A stretch of 61,899 bases of DNA, filler included, from Globobulimina sp. (taxonomy: Eukaryota): assembly GCA_003354225.1 (NCBI GenBank). It is 23 parts of 23 records of this genome, joined end to end, with 100 filler letters (N's around TTAATTAATTAA, not from the genome) between each part and the next. Parts side by side here need not be neighbours in the genome. Positions count along the whole stretch, not along the records: positions 59,307 to 61,899 come from PIVH01005829.1; 22 more parts are not named here. One strand, given 5' to 3'. Below are positions 59,649 through 61,899 of this stretch, piece by piece; position 1 is the stretch's first letter; the number at the start of each line of letters is the position of its first letter. The position numbers were made by a program, and so were the translations under genes. The notes beneath the pieces were generated by a model. It saw only the letters and a list, made by a program, of their open reading frames with translations. It did no database searches and was not told the DNA's origin.

Positions 59649-61899
59649 ATGTCGACGATTGAAGTTTTAAATGATAAACTGTTAGAATTTGGCGACTGGG
59701 TAAGCAATTTATCACAACTCGATAATAACACCATTCGAGAGTATCAACATGAGATTAAATTAAAAGGAAGGAATTTTGTTAAATTCCATGCGGAGGTTAA
59801 AGTGTTGAATGATGAGCAATTAATCACAAAATTCAAACAATTAATGCAACGGTTTAAGACTGTTAAAGCAATATCAAATGGAAGAGAACCGCCGACAGCT
59901 CCGACTCCAATGGAAGATGATAAAAAATCACAGGTTTCACATATATAATTTATAATTTATATATTAATTTTTCTTTTTGTCAGTCACCGCAACCAAAAGA
60001 TAATGACAATAAAAACACCGACTCATCAAAGTCATGTATTATGGGCAAAGATTGCAACGACAATGACCCCAAACATTTTTATGATTTTATACATTTTGAC
60101 CATCCCAAATCTGACGAAATGGTCAGAAAATATGAAAAATTCTTAAAAAAACAAAAATGTCAGCAAATATATGATACGCACACCAAAAATAAAACTAATC
60201 TTTCATCAGAATTTGGTGAATTTCTCTCCGATCAGGAACTAGCTCAGCAATTGCAAGCTATGCAAGATATGGAAATAGATAACACAGACAACACAGATAC
60301 AAATACAAAGAAAAGAGTACGGAGAAAAAAACAAATAATAATCTATAAAGACGATGACTTGGATGAAAATAAAGAAAGCAGTTCTGAAGAAGACAACGAT
60401 TCGGATGAAGACTTTGATGAAACCGAAGTACGCCGAACCTATCGGAGAAAGATAAAAAACAAAAAAAAAGAAAACCAACGACGCAAATTGCTGGAAGACA
60501 CAATGGACACTCACGAATTAGAAAGATTGCGAGCGGAGCGATTAAATAAATTATTAGCAAAAACCGAATCTTATATGAAAACCTTAACGCGGAGAGTCAG
60601 GAAAAACTTCAAACAAAACACAAATAACAACAACAACACAAACAACAAAAAAGCAGCGGATTTATCAGCCACTGAAGTACGCTCTTTTTTAACTGGCGAT
60701 TCCGGTAAAAACGAAGCCATCCAACAAACCAAAAGTTTGATTGGTGGCACACTTAAAGATTATCAACAAATTGGCTTGAAATGGATGGTGACCCTCAATC
60801 AAATGCGGCTGAATGGCATATTAGCGGATGAGATGGGGTATGTTATCGCTGTTTGTTTAACAGTTTATTGTATCTATTTATATACAGATTGGGTAAAACC
60901 GTGCAAGTGATGGCTTTGTTGGCTTATTTGCTCGACAACGAAGGAACGCGCGGCAAGCATTTAATCGTCGCGCCACTGTCCACTTTATCTTCGTGGCGCG
61001 ACCATTTTGCCGCATGGCTGCCCGCATTAAATGTCTATTTACACCGCGGTGTGGCCTCCGAACGCAGAGAGCAATTAATCGCCATCAATAAGGAGCAGAG
61101 TGACACAGACATTGTAATATCAACCTATCAAATGGTGATCCGCGACGCGGAGACTATGAGTAACATAAAATGGTGCTATTTGGTCGTGGATGAGGCGCAT
61201 ACCTTAAAAAATTCGAAAGGTCGTTTGTTTGAGTCATTAAATGCTTTTTCAACGCGGCATCGCTTATTATTGACCGGCACGCCGTTGCAAAATAATTTGA
61301 ATGAATTGTGGAGTTTATTGAACTTTATATTGCCGGCCGTGTTTGACTCTGCTCAGTCGTTTGACAGTTGGTTCTGTTCTCCTTTTCAGCATTTGCATAC
61401 TAAGAAGGATAAAAGTAATAAATCTCTGAGCGACATAGCCATGTCAGACAGCGAGAGGTTGATGGTAATGGACCGTCTGCATCGTGCTATTGATCCTTTT
61501 TTATTGCGCCGGATGAAGAAAAATGTGTTGCCAGACATGGTGAAGAAAAAAGAAATTGTCATTAAAGTGGCCATCAGCGGCTTACAGACCGCCATTTATC
61601 AACAACTGCAAAAATACGGCGCGTTGAAGTACAAACTTGATAAAAAAAGACATGCTTTCAATAATATTATGATGCAGCTACGCAAATGTGCCAATCATCC
61701 ATATTTATTCTATCCTCATCATACCAGCAACGATGAAGGCGATGGCTATGATATCGATGAGGAAATCTATCGATGCAGCGGCAAGTTTGTATTATTGAGA
61801 CATCTGATTCCCAAAATGAAACGATTTGGCCATAGAATCTTAATCTTTTGTCAATTTGTGCAGACTATGGATATTTTAGGGGAATTCTTCGATTTTATG
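59649..61899 (+). CDS. SNF2: Snf2/Brahma-type chromatin-remodelling ATPase with an N-terminal PBZ-like zinc finger; introns 59934-59983 and 60838-60887; 3'-partial
   Basis: RLNKLLAKTESY (post-HSA), GGTLKDYQQIGLKWMV, NGILADEMGLGKT, VVDEAH, LTGTPLQNNLNELWSLLNF, FDSWFCSPF, MQLRKCANHPYLF, SGKF. Confidence 0.9.

Overview
This window is not one genomic locus. It is 23 unrelated short contigs (about 2,598 falling to 2,593 bp, so sorted by length), joined by 100-bp N spacers that each carry the six-frame stop linker TTAATTAATTAA. Gene neighbourhoods therefore mean nothing across spacers. Almost all contigs are AT-rich, gene-dense eukaryotic DNA with 50-80 nt GT-AG introns, PT-repeat surface proteins and an LLVSGYxR motif. 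This suggests a foraminiferan or other rhizarian, by inference. Contig 1 looks like nematode DNA, with TTTCAG acceptors and ANC-1/nesprin-like exons. Recognisable genes are PEX5, INTS11, TSR3, a VLCFA 3-ketoacyl-CoA reductase, a Snf2/Brahma-type ATPase, NDUFA4/B12D, and JmjC, RCC1, START, GNAT, MFS and C-type lectin proteins. Mobile or foreign DNA includes a TA-flanked 727-bp Tc1/mariner-pogo-type MITE, a decayed Penelope-like RT fragment, a possible LINE ORF1, an internally deleted asparagine synthetase and a phage-like kinase fragment joined to a eukaryotic gene. The best novelty candidate is contig 3. There a PIF/Harbinger/IS5-like DDE transposase C-terminus appears fused in frame to an intact USP (C19) deubiquitinase, followed by four ~106-bp repeats with conserved hairpins. 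Other unusual architectures are an RGG + alternating WWE-like/cold-shock protein, a Bles03(DUF1917)-metallophosphoesterase fusion, PBZ-Snf2, TVP15-pseudoRhoGAP and a signal-peptide pseudo-FCP1 phosphatase. All family assignments come from motif recognition by eye; no searches were run.
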